Positions 18,101-32,600 of a stretch of 64,000 nt of DNA are shown here, one piece after another; within the stretch, counting starts at the first letter, position 1; each line of letters opens with the position of its first letter. The translations under genes and the position numbers were made by a program. The stretch lies in the NCBI RefSeq assembly GCF_009914755.1, contig NC_060929.1; one strand, 5' to 3'. A model generated the notes under the pieces. The model worked only from the letters and a program-made list of their open reading frames with translations, searched no databases and was not told the origin of the DNA. The DNA is from the human T2T-CHM13v2.0 reference genome, Homo sapiens.

Positions 18101-18669
18101 TTATATGAATTACTATTTTTAACTTAGGAGAGAAGAATGAGTGACTGAGGCTGTAAGTTTTCCATGTTCATATGTTTTCCACTTCTATGGGAGAAGAGGA
18201 TGCTATTCTGACCCATGTGGTCTGGAGCAGGCAGATCAAATGTAAGAGCACAGAATAGTTTCTCAATGGCCATACTAAGAACTGGGCTTTCCTGTGGGTA
18301 CAAAAGAGATAGCCTGGTCTGAGTTCAAATTCTGTTTCATATTACTTGGTATGTGGCCGACTTGTGCTATTCTTTCTCACAGAGCCTTCATTCCTTCAAC
18401 TTAAAGGAAGAGAGTAACAGGTGAAGATAGAGTCGCTAGTACAGAGAAAACTTTAAAAACCATGTCTAATTTAAAAAAGCAATTTAAAAACCCTAAAAAT
18501 GAAAGTAGAAATTTACCTTCATGTTGACATTGTGAAAGGCTTTGTATGTTTCTGAGGAGTCCTGCCTTTTTTGTACTGCTTATGCAAATGGAGTCCTGCT
18601 TATGCAAATGGGCCCATTTATTCAGCCCTGGGGCAGTAGTTATTTATGTGCTGTAACACGAGAAGAGGC

Positions 18670-19245
18670 AGTGGCCCTTAAAAGAGAGAATCATGGGCTT
18701 ATGGTAAGAACTAGACTTGAGCTCTGACTCCTCCAGGACCTCTGACTTTGGAAAAATCATTAAACTTCCCTGAGTTACGGTTTCTCATCTGTAAAATGAT
18801 ATGATGGAATGAAGTCTGAGTCCTCCCAAAATTCTTATATTGAAGCCTTAACCACAGTGTGATTGTATTTGGGTGTAGAGCCTTTAGGAGGTAATTAGGG
18901 TTAGATGAAGTCACAAGGGTGGGCCCCTTACAATGAGATTAGTGCCCTTATAAGAAGAGGTAGACCAGAGCTATCCCTCTTTCTACCATGTGAGGATTCA
19001 GCAAGAAGGCAGTCATCTGCAAGTCAGGATGAGGGTCTTCACCAGGAACTGAATTGGCTGCCACGTTGTTCTTGAACTTCCCATCCTCCACAAATGTGAG
19101 AAATAAATGTCTGTTGGTTAAACCACCCAGTCTATGCTATTCTGTTATAGCAGCCTAACCTAAGACAGATAGGAATAAGAATACCAATCTATTGTGTAGA
19201 GTTGTTAGGCCACAAATGAGACACTTGTATATGAAATCTATGTAA
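18670..19245 (+). mobile_element. MIR split by an MLT1A LTR
   Basis: tgactttggaaaatcattaaacttccctgagttacggtttctcatctgtaaaatg | LTR | gaataagaataccaatct…gttgttagg. Confidence 0.7.
18802..19167 (+). mobile_element. MLT1A0-like solo LTR
   Basis: cccaaaattcttatattgaagcc…gagaaataaatgtctgttggttaaaccacccagtctatgctattctgttatagcagcc…taagaca. Confidence 0.85.
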
Positions 19246-19394
19246 ATTTTCAATCAATTTTAAGTACTATGTTAGAACCTAGAGAGATTTGAAAGTGAAT
19301 CAGACATAGACCTTGCCCTCAGAAAGTTCAATTTCCCAGGTGATGTAAGACTCATATAACCAACAAAAATACAAAGTATAAAGGGCCATATTCA

Positions 19395-19790
19395 TTAATT
19401 CTTTGTTCATTCATTTATTTAACAAATATGCTTTGAGCATTTAACTATGTGCCAGGTGTTATTCTAGATGTTCGGGAGACTGCAGTAAACAAAAGAAATT
19501 CTGTGTTCTTAGAGAATTTGTATCTGAGTTTGGGAAGCAGTCAATATATAAAATGTTAAATATGTCTGGTGGTGGGAAGTGCTTTGAAGAAAAATAAAGT
19601 AAGACAATAGATAAGAGTAATAAGGGGCACATGGCCATTTTGTACAAAGTGATAAGAAAAGCTCTAGTCAGGTCTGTCTGATAAGGGACATTTGAGCATA
19701 TGTGTCCATGAAGGGAGCAATGATCCAAGAGGTTTTTGGGAAAAAAATGTACCAGGCAGAGGGAGCAGCAAGTGCAAATACCCTGAGGCC
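19395..19790 (-). mobile_element. L2a 3' end fragment
   Basis: cattcatttatttaacaaatatgctttgagcatttaactatgtgccagg…ccaggcagagggagcagcaagtgcaaataccctgagg. Confidence 0.8.
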
Positions 19791-19795
19791 GCCGG

Positions 19796-20104
<309 letters not shown>

Positions 20105-20444
20105 AGGAGTCTTAATCACACAAAAGATTCTTCAAAGTGGTTCTGGGAATTCAGAGTTGAGATTATTTCCAGCTAAGGGTGATAATGACACAAGACCCTA
20201 GAGAAGGGGCTTGTAAAAAGACACCACAAATTTTCATAATATTTCATAGTTTTTACTTGTCTTTTGCTTAGATCATATTTCATAAATTCCTAACAATAAG
20301 TACAGGTTTTTAATTCTTATTCTCCCCTCAAAGAAAAGCCATAAACATCACTTTTCATTTTCCTATAAACATAATGAATGAACATTGCTATTAGTCATCC
20401 TTTCCCATTTCAGATTATTAATATTATCATCATTTTCAGACACA

Positions 20445-22240
20445 AGGTAGATTGTAGTTAAGAACCTGTGCTTTGAAGTCAAGCAGACAGTAGCTGATGT
20501 CCCAATTCAACTTCGTACTAGATTTCTCACCTTGGGAATATTGCTTAGGCTTTAGAATCATAGTTTCAGTCACCTCTTTTTACCTATGGCTCCTCATGGA
20601 TGTGATACTAAAAAATTGCTCAGTGTTGCTATCCTTTTCCACCCTCTCTTTATTGAAGTATTCATAAACATCAAACTAGAAAGCAAGAAGCCCAAAATCT
20701 AAAAGTCACACTATGCAAATTTTATACAAAATAAATGAAAGTGAAAGTATGAAGAGAAGTAACAAGAACAAATGTATATACATCTTTACTGAATAAAAAG
20801 GGCTTTCATAGATACTCACCTATTAACTCTTTGATAAACTTGTAGCCTGAATATTATTCATCTTCAGTCGACTGATAAAAAATACAACTCAGACAGATTG
20901 AGTTATTTTGGCTAAGATCTCTCAGCTCGTAAGTGGCAAGGCTGCAATTTGTATTGCTCTTCTGAGTCCAATTCCTTGGGGTTAGTTATTGGTACAACTA
21001 GTGCCCAAGAAGTCCTCGCAAGACTGGAAGAACTTCCAAGTGATTAACCAAGTTGGTTGCATTATGGGCGGCCTCCCTCCTACTTGTGGAATTTGTTTTC
21101 TCACTGAGGATTGTTTTAAAAGTTACCTAAGCTGCTTCACAAAGCTTCAAAAATTCCTGGTTATGTGATAGATAATGATGTGTACAAGGCTTCCTTCTGG
21201 ATGATTCTACAGGGTCTAGAATATAAATAGTTTCTCTCTATGGTGAGCAAGATCTCTGTGCTCTAAGGCTCATTTGATCACTCATCTGGGAGCTCTGCAA
21301 GAACTGGGACCATGTCTTACTCATCTCTGTATCCCAAGGCCAGCCGAAAGCCTGGCACGTGGGAAGCATTCAGGTGGGGTTTGAGCACCAGGATGCCAGG
21401 CATTATGATGGTGATGCCTGTTAAAAATCATCGGTTAAGCTCCACTTTTGCTGCAGTGAACAGACTAGACATCAGCTGTCATGAGAAAACATATTACCAG
21501 GCAACTTTTCCTTTTTTCATCCTGAATCCAAGCAACTGGCCAGGACAGTGAGATGACAGCCCTGCAACTTCCACATCTCACATCACTTCTCTCTTCTCCT
21601 ACTTCCTTTTCAGAGAGCTTTTTTTTTTTTTTTTTTTTTTTTCCAAAATACAAGCCTGAGCCAGAACTACAGGCTTTGTTTGCCCCAATAGGGAATATAC
21701 TTTTAAAGCAAGGATGTTAAATCACCCTGTAATTTTAGTCTCTCGAGTATCAGTTCCACCTAAACCTTCCCCATGGAGAAGGGTGGCACTGATCTCTAGA
21801 CTGGTGAGGGAAATCAGCACCAGCTTGGAAGGGAGCTGCACTAGGTTTCAGTCTCCGCACTGTCATATAACAATGGCTGAATTTATTGACCAGTTACCTG
21901 CACTGATCACCTTACACACATTGCTTTCTTTAACTCTCTGTGAAGGATTCTCATTATCATTCACGTTTTGAAGATGCGAAAGTTAGAGCAGAGAGGTGAA
22001 GTGACTTGCCCAAGGTCACAGAAAATGATCAGCAGATCTAAGATGAAACAAACCAATTGTACTCCACAGCTGTATTCCTAACTGTGCTACATCAGGCAAG
22101 TGAATGACCCTCTCAGCACCTCCGTTTTCTCATCAGTAAGATGAATGGAGGAACAACGACTTTATTGGATTGTTAGGAAAAGTAATTGAGATAATGCAGG
22201 CAAGCTCCTGACACTTAGTAGTTACTTAAGGTATGTCAGT
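20445..22240. mobile_element. Cluster of decayed MIR/L2 fragments (~20445-20570, ~20815-20970, ~21270-21380, ~21880-22240)
   Basis: MIR cores such as agaggtgaagtgacttgcccaaggtcacaga and cctccgttttctcatcagtaagatg; L2 tail tctctgtatcccaagg…cctggcacgtggg. Confidence 0.6.
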
Positions 22241-25200
22241 TCTCTCCCTTCCTTTACATAACCTGGAATTGGAGAGCATCACCTCTTAAGCAATCCTTTA
22301 GAAATATAAAGCTGAAATTAATCCAAACCACACCAGAGCCAATGACAATAAAGCTGATTTGTTCAGACTTATTATTCTGTTTCAATAAAGATCTGTCTCC
22401 AGTTTCCTCGGCATCCCCACAGAGCCAACCCAAACTGAAAACACATGCGGCGAATGCAAACTCATTGGTGAAACATGATAGACACTTCAAGAACCAGGAA
22501 ATTCCTTCTTTATATGACTTGCTCCTTAGCCAGAGCAGTTATGGGTTAAACAATACAGCAGTGCGGCTGTGGCCTTCAAGATGCACAGTGGGGCTTCATG
22601 CTCCTGGAGGGAATGGAAGCACAGGGTTCTGCTTGCCAGCTGGCACCGACACTCCACGGACAAGATACGCATGGCCTGGCCTTCCAAGTTGAGAGCAATT
22701 GCTGGCAGTACACTGTGAGCATGTGAAGCTAAGGGAGTATTTTTTTTTTAAGTCCCATCATTGTTTTTCTTTCTTTAAATGGTAGCCACTGAAAAGCTAT
22801 GCAAACACTTCAGCTGTGGAATATTTAATCTGACATTTGGCATGGCTCCCTTGTTGATCCAAGACATAAAGTATGCAGTTGTTTCATGGCTTACTCAAAA
22901 AAGATAAGCTAGATACAAATTAATTTTCCTTCTCCTTGCTTTTAGCTGGGTCCCTGCATGGATGCATCCTTGATTCCTAAGCAATGGGATGACAATTATA
23001 GACCACAAGAGCAGAAGGTGAATAGTTCATTTAACTAGATGGGTCAATTGAATACTTTTCTTCTGGGGGGTAAAGGGGGATACTCTACTAAAAGCTTTAG
23101 GAGTCCCTGTGGTTGTGGTGTTTTCAAAGGTTTGGCAGCTCTTCTCACAAGATTTGGGGTTTCGGGGTTTCATGTGCTGTCATGGAAACATCACCAGAAT
23201 GGTCCCCTCTTCACTCTGTTGTCATTGGTCTTTAGCAAGAGGAGAACCAGCATCTTGTGAGAGTCTTGCACCTGTTCACATCGGACATACCTCCTGGCTG
23301 TATCTGCTTTTTCACTCCATCAGGACAAGTTTAACTATCTCACTGGCAGATTTGGTTTCCTGAAAGTAAATCTCCTGTAGGTTCTCTTTCACTGTCATTG
23401 AGTGGTTTCTGACCCTAGACTGGTAAGGAGAACATTGCCCCTTCTCACAAAACACAGGGATCCAAAAAACTGAGTGAGTGGGCAGTTCTTGTTTCTCAGC
23501 ATGTGCAGGGAAGGACACAGAAATGTCCAACATTAGAAAGGGAACAGAGACCTTCCTTGTCCAAGTGTTCCTCCACTAGAGAGTTAGAACAGTTGCTGAA
23601 TGTAAACAAACACACTTCCTAAAGTCTCATCCTTTCTTCAGGTGGACCAAGAGTGCCAAAAACACTGGAAATTATAGTCCAATGAGGACTTTATTCATTC
23701 TCCTGTGTTTCAATGCCCATTGTTATAACAACCATGTGATTTAAACATCAGGCTGCTGTCACTTGACTGCAGGTAATGATATAATTTTGCATTAGAGAAA
23801 TACTGAAACACAGTTAATCCTTTAAAAAGGGATGGATGAGGGAATGGGGAGAAGAGAATCAAATGGATTTGTTAAAAGAAACCAAATCTTAAAAACCCTG
23901 AAACTGCTAAAGTAAATGGAACTGACCAATTGGGACATTTTGTTAGTTCTGATTTAAGTTTCTGGATCCTGTTCCAAATAAAAACATATCTTTTTTTCTA
24001 ATGGAAAATTCAAAGAACACAAACCTGAGCTTTAAAAGCCATGTACCAGTTTGTTCTTTTATGGTTTTTGAGCTTGAGGGATTCAGTTTGGTGAGAAAGG
24101 AACTTCTTAACCTTAAAACACTTTAGTCAACAGACAAAATTGTGCTTGAAGGCAGGGAACTCCTATAAGAATGGCCTTTCTAGCAGGTATAACACAGTTA
24201 TATATTTTGATTATCAATTTGTACTTAAAATATCTGCCTAAATACTATTAATAGAGTTTTTCAAAGATAGTGACAAATGATTTTTACTTTCTTCTTTATA
24301 ACTTTTCTCTCTCTCCTTTACAGTTTTTGACATTGAATATCTGTTTTGTATATAAATGGAAAAATGAAAGTTAAAAATACATTCTTTCTCCAAGGATCTA
24401 GCAGTGGACCTTTTCTGGGAGTGGCTAGTAAGTCCTGAAATGAGGTAATTCTGAGCATCCTCATTGCAACGAGGCACTCACTCTGGGTCTGGAAACTTCT
24501 GTGGAGAGTTTCCAGCAGCTTTCTCTAAAGGGTTCAAACTCTTTTTCCACTTTTTCTAGGCCTTCCCCATGTAAGAAGGTCTTAATATCATGTCCTTATA
24601 ATGCATCAATTATAGTCAAATTATGGCAGTGATAAACTAAATTCCATAAGCCGAAAATATTTCATAGAAATTGCTTCCCAAAGTTTTGTGAACGTGTTTT
24701 CAGTTGTCCAGTGTCTTCAAAATAGGTGGCAGGGCATTTCTTGGTAAGTAATTGGGAAGCATACCAGAGCTCTGCAAGTCCTCCTAAATTCCTTAAAATA
24801 TAGATTACTATAGATAATTGAGTAACTCTTTAGGGTCTAGAGTGGCAGAGTAGTGACATCTCACCTGCTGACCCTAATTGACTGGGGGCAGCTTCTGGAA
24901 TGTTCTGTTGAGAGGAAGTAGAAGGAATGGGCTTAGGCTGATGAGCAATGTTGGTACCGTGTCTAAGGTAGCAAATGGGTGACACAGTTGGTTTTAAATT
25001 GCCAACCCTGTTCTAGATTTTGTCTGAATGAGTTTCTAGTGATTTGTGTAGTAGTCAAAATGTCTTTCCCACAATGTTTACTTGGACAATATGGAAGCAT
25101 ATCCTAGGGGCACCTCATACTATTTCTCTCTTCTTTCCCACTTGCCTGCCTTTTTTGCATGCCAGGAGCTTCGGGGTTACTGGCCAAAGCTTTTTGAAGA

Positions 25201-27006
25201 CTCCATGATCTGTGCTGGAGGCTGTGAGGCTGTGGTTAAGTTCTTGGTGAACACTGTCACCCTTCTCTTAGAAAGCAAGCATTGAGAACCCTTGTTTCAT
25301 GTTTGGTCTTAAAGAAAAAGTAAAAGGAATGAAAACAAGAATATTTCTTTTAATGATTTGCCTTTATATTTGCATTTCCCCCAGTCCTGTACCACTCCAC
25401 CACAGAAAGGAAATTTTAAGGCAAGATAATCCTATGAAGGCAGTGCTAAACTATCTCTCAGCAGTATCTTTTGCCATTGCCTTTCAACAGATTTCTTATT
25501 TATATTTAGATTGTAATGTATTCAATGTATGCAATGGAAACCTTAGAGAAATCAACTAAAGCTGAATTCCTGTGGAAAAAATACTTTACTTCCTGCCATA
25601 TTGCTGCAACAGAAATTTTATTGGCAAAGTAAGTTGCAATATTACTCCCAGCAGAAGATTTCTGCATATGTAAAAAAAAAAAAAGGAGTATAATTGCTTC
25701 ATTCAAAAATAAAAAGAGGAAAAGAAAAAATGAGCAATTGGGAATCATGTTGCCATAACCATCGTTAAGCTCTGTATTTATTAAATCTAACTTAAAAAAA
25801 GCCATATTTATTAAACATATAAGGAAAGCAGTGAATTGTCTCAAGATGTTATACCCTATAAGGTTTAAGTCCATACAGAATTCATTAAAAGAAAAAGAAA
25901 AAAGAAAATGAGTTAGAACTTCTAATATTGGAAATACAGGGATTTAGCAGAAGATAAAAGTAAACACAATTTTAACGTTTCCCTAGTAACTATCAAAACC
26001 AGATTAAAAGACTACAATGAGGCAAAAATATGTAATAAAATTATACCAGCACTGAAACTTAATGTCAATCTAATACTATAAAATGTCTGACATTTCTATC
26101 AGAAAAAAAATGGCTTTTGAATCAAAACAAAGATCCCATGGACCACCACACAACTTAGAGAATAATAACATCATATAAATCATGAAAAATAAAAAGAGAA
26201 CATTGTAGGAAATTCTTCTAAATATCTCTTAGTTTGAAAGGACAAGGACTGAAAGAATTGGGAGGCTGTGGGAGAAACCATTGCAATTCTGCAATTGGAA
26301 CCCAGCTCTGTTCTGCATGGAGAGTCCTTGAGGAAATCCAGAGAACTTTTTTTGTATTTGTCTCTGGCTCAGACAGTTATTAATGCTCTCTGAGTGGTAA
26401 TGGGGAAAAGCAATCTCTAGAAGGTAGCTCATTGAAGATCTGGGACTCAATTCACTAGGAGCTATTTCTGCTGCTACATATTATAAGTGTAAATGCATTG
26501 TGATGTGTGAAGGGGAAAAGCTGTGGCAGACAAAAAAATATAGTTTGTCCACTCACCAAACAAAAAGTACATAGTAGTGGGGATTTCCTGATCTTGAATT
26601 TGTACTAGTATGACTGGTAACTCTGACTCTGCTGAATGAAACAGAATATTCTCTCAGCTCAGTGGAGCTGGAGCTTAGTGAGGTAGTTTCCGTAATACAT
26701 AGAAAAAGCTTACAGTCATAAAATTATTTGAATATAATAGCTCAAAATCCATACCAATCTCTTCAGCCAAAGGCTGCTGAATTGCTTAAATGGCTGGATA
26801 GATTCCATTAGCTTGTGGCAGTCAGGCATTCATTTTATGGGGAGATAGGAAACTCCCCTAAGTTAAAGGAGAGGAAATGCAAAAGAAATACATCATACTA
26901 TTTATTTATTTATCGCCTGTTTTGTTTTTTTTTTTTTGAAAATGACAGTTATAGACTGACTTGTCTCTTTTTTAACTAGAGTAAATGTAATAAAATAGAC
27001 TAAATG

Positions 27007-27183
27007 GGCTGGGGAAGTTGCTCACACTGATAATCCCAGTGCTTTGAGAAGCTGAGAAAAGACAATAGCTGGAGCCCAGGAGGTTGAGGCTGCAATGAGA
27101 TATAATCGCACCACTGCACTCCATTCTAGGAGACAGAGCAAGACCCTGTCTCTTAAAAAAAGAAAAGAAAAGAAAAGAAAAAA
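27007..27183 (+). mobile_element. Monomeric Alu (FRAM-like) with a (GAAAA)n tail
   Basis: Single right-arm-type monomer ending accctgtctcttaaaaaaagaaaagaaaag. Confidence 0.75.
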
Positions 27184-27859
27184 AGTAAGATAAATATTAC
27201 ATTCCAAAAAAGAGTATCATTTTAACAAATATTTATTCTGGGAGACTCAAATAAAAGTAAATGATATTTTCATTTTAAAGAGATAATATAAAATATAAAT
27301 TCTAAGAAATGATGTTAATAGACTGAAATTAAAAAGTACAAGCTTAGCAATAAAAACAAGTAAGTTATTTCAAAATTTAAAATTGTATTATAAGTTGAAA
27401 TAGAGAGCAAGTGGGGAGAGAGAATGAGAAAGAAAGAGAGAGAGGAGAATCAATGCAGAAAGACAAATCAGTGTAATGCAGGACTAGCAGCAGGAAGTTC
27501 TACAGATTGGAGAGGGAAAGGACAGAATGCTGGAAATAGAAGGTAATAGATACTAAATGCAAAAATAGAGATCCTGCATATGAATAATGAGTATGAATGA
27601 AAAACTGAAAAAAAGATTTTAAAATGTAAAAGAAAAAAACTAACCGAAAGAAGTTTTGACTGTACAGAGTAGAAAACATTACTCCACTTAGACAAAATTA
27701 TTGGAAAGCAATCAATAATTTCTTATGATATTCTGAAATTGAAAGGTAAAGAATTCCGAAAGTACTGAAGAATCCAATCACTTAAAATGAGAAAAAGTGT
27801 CATGCTGGCTTCAGACTTCACCTAGGTATGTATGTTACCAAAATACATAGCAGACACAT

Positions 27860-28280
27860 CCCAAGACTAGAAACTATTCAAATGCCTATGAATGGTAGCT
27901 GTATATTCCCACCACAAAGTAGTAAATGGCAATAAGACTAAACTGTTTATGACTATATGGAAAAGTGTATGTGAATCTCATAAAACTAATATTGAATGAA
28001 AGAAGCCAAAAATAAAAAAGTAAATCCTGCATGAATCCATTTACATAACAATATAAAATAAGGCAAAACAAATGCATGCTGTGAGAAGTCAACTAATGGT
28101 TACCCATGAGGGGAGAACGCCAGCAAGGGAAGATTAGTGGAAACTTCATTGGGTGCTGATAATCTTCTGTTTCTTGATCTGCAGGCATTTTATAGTGTGT
28201 TAAATTATTCATTTTATAAAAACTTACCAAACTGTACACTTATGACTTGCGTACATGAATAAAACATTTTTAAATATTGA
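27860..28280 (+). mobile_element. L1ME-type 3' end fragment
   Basis: gaatctcataaaactaatattgaatgaaagaagcc…gtgctgataatcttctgtttcttgatctg…actgtacacttatga. Confidence 0.7.
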
Positions 28281-28619
28281 AGTAAAATTAGAGCAATCAT
28301 TGAAAATATGGAGGATTCAATGGATAGATGCTGTGAATAGAATTTTAGATAAGCATATGAAAAATCTGATGGTAATAACTAACTATATATGCCATAGCTT
28401 CAAAATCAGCAGAAAAATAGAGAATAAAGAAAATTGTATCAAGTTAACAGGAGATAGGAAGGATGAATAAAATGGAAAAAAAAAGCATAGTAAACAGAAA
28501 ATAAAAAATAAGATGGCAGAAATTACTCCAAATATGTCAGTCTTCACAATAAAATATAAATGGATTGAACTCACTTTTTAAAAGATGCAGATTATAAAAT
28601 AAGATGAAAACATATTCAC

Positions 28620-29510
28620 AGTCAAGGTCCTGGTTTTAAAATGTCATTCTCTAATAAAAGTAACCAGGGCCCTCTGGAGGAATGGTTGATTTCAGAGATA
28701 GGTGAGGATAAATAAATATCCAAAAGTTCATGATGATAAATAATTGAATGAATAAACACATGATGGAAAAGGAATAACCCTTCCTTGTGGAAGAATTCCA
28801 ATTAATAGATGTAAAGGGGTTGAAGAAAATAGAAAATCACCATAGGCCACGTAATAATCGCTGCAGATAAGAGCCACTGATTATTCTTAAATTAGTGGGT
28901 AAAAGTATGAGGAGAAACAGAATATTGCATGGCCTCAAAGTATCAACTGCTCCCAAAATATTAATTAATTACAGTGGGGAAACCTGGCAGGTAACACAGG
29001 AACCAAATAGTAACAGTAAACATCATCAACAATAAGACAAATCAGCATCCCGTAACCCCCGATCTCATGCACTGAGAAGGGCAAATATCCTCTGTGTTGT
29101 TCTTCCCAATAAGCAAAACCTTACTCTAATCCTGAGAAAATATCACACAAACTCAATTAGTGGGATATTCTACAAGATACATGACCAATACTCGTCAAAG
29201 TGTCAAGATCATAAAAGACAAGGAAAGACAAAGAAATTGCCACAGACTGAAGCAAACCCGACGACTAAGTAGAACGCTCAGGATCTTGGACTGAATTCTG
29301 GAAAATGACTAGTACAAAAACTGGTGAAGCCTGAATAAAGTCTATAGTTAATAGTATTGCAGTGATGTTAATTTCTTGATTTTCATAATGTTTCTATGGT
29401 TATGTAAGATATTAACATTACAGGAATTAGAATAAAAGGTGTATGGGAACACTACTTTTTTGCAACTTTAAGTCTAAAATTATCTCAAAATAAAAAAAAA
29501 CTTTTCAAAA
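28620..29510 (+). mobile_element. L1MC/L1MD-type 3'UTR fragment
   Basis: aaccagggccctctggaggaatggttgatttcag…ggttatgtaagatattaacatta…gcaactttaagtctaaaattatctcaaaataaaa. Confidence 0.7.
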
Positions 29511-30074
29511 AAGAATCAGATCTTAGTAGTTTGTAGAGGCCTCAACAGCCTTTGAAATTCCTTATTATACTTGGTTAGTAAGGTTTACTATATATATTTT
29601 AGTCAATATTTATAAAATATTCTCCTGGAAAATATTCAATTTCCCCAAGATATACCAATTTGTAATAATAGAATTCTATCTATTTTTTCTATATTTTAAA
29701 ACTACTTCTGTTGAATAAATGTGGCCCATTTTTGTTACTTATTCATGTCCTTTTATATTTCTTGATTTAACTGTTAGAGTTTTATTTGTTTTTTATCAAA
29801 TAACCTATTTAATCATTACTTAAACCCTGCTAATTCTTTAACATTTTTTATTAATATTTGCCTTGTTTGTAATAATTTGAAAATTCTAGTTGACTTGCAT
29901 TTTTTTCTTCTCTTAGCTTACAAATGTAGGCAATTGGCTCATACATTTTCAAGCCTCTTGCTGAAAGCTTCTGAGGTTATGCATTATTTGAAGATCACTC
30001 TTTTGGCTGTATTTCATAGGTTTGAATCTTTCATTCTTCATGATATAATGGCTTGATAATTGGCAACATCATGT

Positions 30075-30395
30075 TGTACGTTAGTTCTTTCAAGCTGCAA
30101 CAGCAAGAATACCATCCCAAGTGGCTTAATCAACAGAAATTTAATTCTCACAGTTCTAGAGGCTAGGAAGTTGGCCAGTTTGGTACCTGGTGAGGGCCCT
30201 GGTTATGTCATCACATGGGGTAACAGAGGTAGGGTGGGAGGTGATGGGGCAGAAGCAATCTCTCTACTGTCTCTTTTTATAAAGGCACTAACTGTATCAC
30301 GAAGACTTCACCCTCATGTCCTAATTACCTCCCAAAGGCCCATGTCCATATACAATTAGAATTTTGAGGAGATACAAACATTTAATTCATAACAC
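30075..30395 (-). mobile_element. MaLR LTR (MLT1A/MST-type)
   Basis: gtggcttaatcaacagaaatttaattctcacagttctagaggctaggaag…ctaattacctcccaaaggccc…cataaca. Confidence 0.8.
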
Positions 30396-30649
30396 ATTGA
30401 TTATACTTTAGTCCAAATATATGCAAATTATTTATTTGCTCGATTTTATTTTCACTGATTATTATCTATTTTTAATTTGATTCTTCTCTGTAACCAACAT
30501 ATAGGTCATAGATTATAATCTGTGGTTAGGTTCTGTGGGTATACTGAAGTCAAATAAAAAATTTGTTTTTGTGAAAAAGTATATACACTCTATACAAACA
30601 CAACTGACACATGGGCATACATATACTACACACAATATACAACCTAAGC

Positions 30650-32600
30650 ATATGCTTCTTATATAGATATACCTAAAATTAAACAACAAAGAAAGGTTGA
30701 AAATAAAGGGATTCCAAAAGATACCATGTGGGTACCAACTAAAGGAAAGTTGGTACAACACTATTTGTATCAGGCAAAATGTAAACTTAAATCGCAAAGC
30801 GTCTCCCTATCTTGTGGAATATGAAGAAACACATTGTTGTCAAAGGACTATCCAATTAGAAATATTTAATCATGCTGAAGCTGTGTGCACATAGCACCAG
30901 AATTATACAATATATAAAGTAAAACTTAGAAAAATTACAAGGAGAATTTGCAAATCCACAGTCATACACATTACAAGTAGACTGCAAATTCTGCTTGTTA
31001 AAGAAAACGAATTTAGTTTTAGAAGAAAGGATTTAAAATAAAGTTTTCAAACTTTAATATATACCCACAGAGAGAATAAATATTGTTTATAAGTTCACAT
31101 AAAACATTAACAAAAATCAACCACAATACTAGTTTACAAAGAAAATCTCAGCAGATATCAAACAGTTCATACCATAAAGAATACTTTCTCTGAAGAAAAT
31201 AGAGTTGAATTAAAATTTTTAAATAATAGAAAAAATACCATAGTTCTAGAAATTAGAAAAACATTGAAAATGTACGTATTAAACAGGATATCTGATACAA
31301 ATTATTATCTATGATTTATAGAACAACAATGAAAATACTGCATATAAAACTCAAAGAATAAAACTAAAGTGGCAGTTCACCATTAAAATCAAGTTATAAA
31401 ACAAATATATTGAAAATAAATAATTCAATGCTCAATTCAAGTAGCCAGAAAAGGAAAAAAAATGCTGTAAATGCAAAAAAAGTCAAGGAAGGAGATATTA
31501 AAAATAACGTGCATTTATGAAGTAGAAAATAAGTAAAAAATAATAACTACAAGTCAAAAATTGATTCTCTGAAAAGAGTAAAAGAAGTATAAATCTCTCA
31601 ATAAGAATGATCGAAATCTAGGAAAAGACACAAATAATTTATGACAGGAATGGATTACATAACGTAATTACTAGTAACAGTTGAGATGTTAAAAAATATT
31701 TGAAGAACTAGGAACAAATTTATACCAATAAATTTTGGATAATTTTCTTAAAAATATGAATTATAAAATTGACTCCAGAATAAATAGAGAAATTAAACAG
31801 GTAATAACTACTAAGGAGCTTGAAATTATAGCAAAAATATTTTTCTCACAAGACACCCACCTGCCCAGACAGATCTTCAGGCAACTTTTACCAAAATTTT
31901 AAGAAACAGATAATGCATATATTATAAAATCTTAAGACAATTAAAGAGAGAAAACACCCAGCTTATTTTGTAAGGGTAGTATAACCTAGATATTAAAATC
32001 AGGTGATAGAAGTATTAGAAAAAATCTAGTCTCAATATTCTTAGGAAGGTTGATGAAAAATAAAATATAAAATATTATTCAGTTGAATCCAGGGTGCGCA
32101 TGGAACATATGGCCATGTGTGTTTATCTTTATATATGTCATGACTAACTAGACTTTGTCCCTGGGAAGCAACAAGAAATCTATGTTTAAATTGGTGTATT
32201 GTAACAGACTAAATAAGAAAAAAAAAGTGATTTTTAAAGAAAGGATAAAGAAAAGCTACTCAGAAGTTACCAATAAGCCCACCAACCATAAAGTCATTAA
32301 TGGATTACTTAACTCCATTAATAATGAAAAGAAAAAAAATTTAGATGCCATTGCTTCCTAAGTAAATTGGCAAAAATGGAAAAGATTGAACTAAGCAGTG
32401 ATGTTGTGTCCAAGGAATGAGTGGTATAGATTATTTCAATGATTTTAAAGGTAATTTAGCAAAATAGATTACAGTTTAAAGTTCACGACTTTCATCTCAG
32501 AAAATCTATTTCCAAAAATATGTTTTAAGTAAGTAATTGGGAAAAGGTACGGATATTATGTTCAAGGATGTTTATTTTTGAAGTGGTATGGTATGTACAA
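30650..32600 (+). mobile_element. Very old L1 ORF2 remnants (L1M/L1ME)
   Basis: A-rich, colinear decayed ORF2 motifs (aaattgactccagaataaatagagaaattaaacagg; caactttaccaaaattttaagaaacagataat). Confidence 0.6.
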
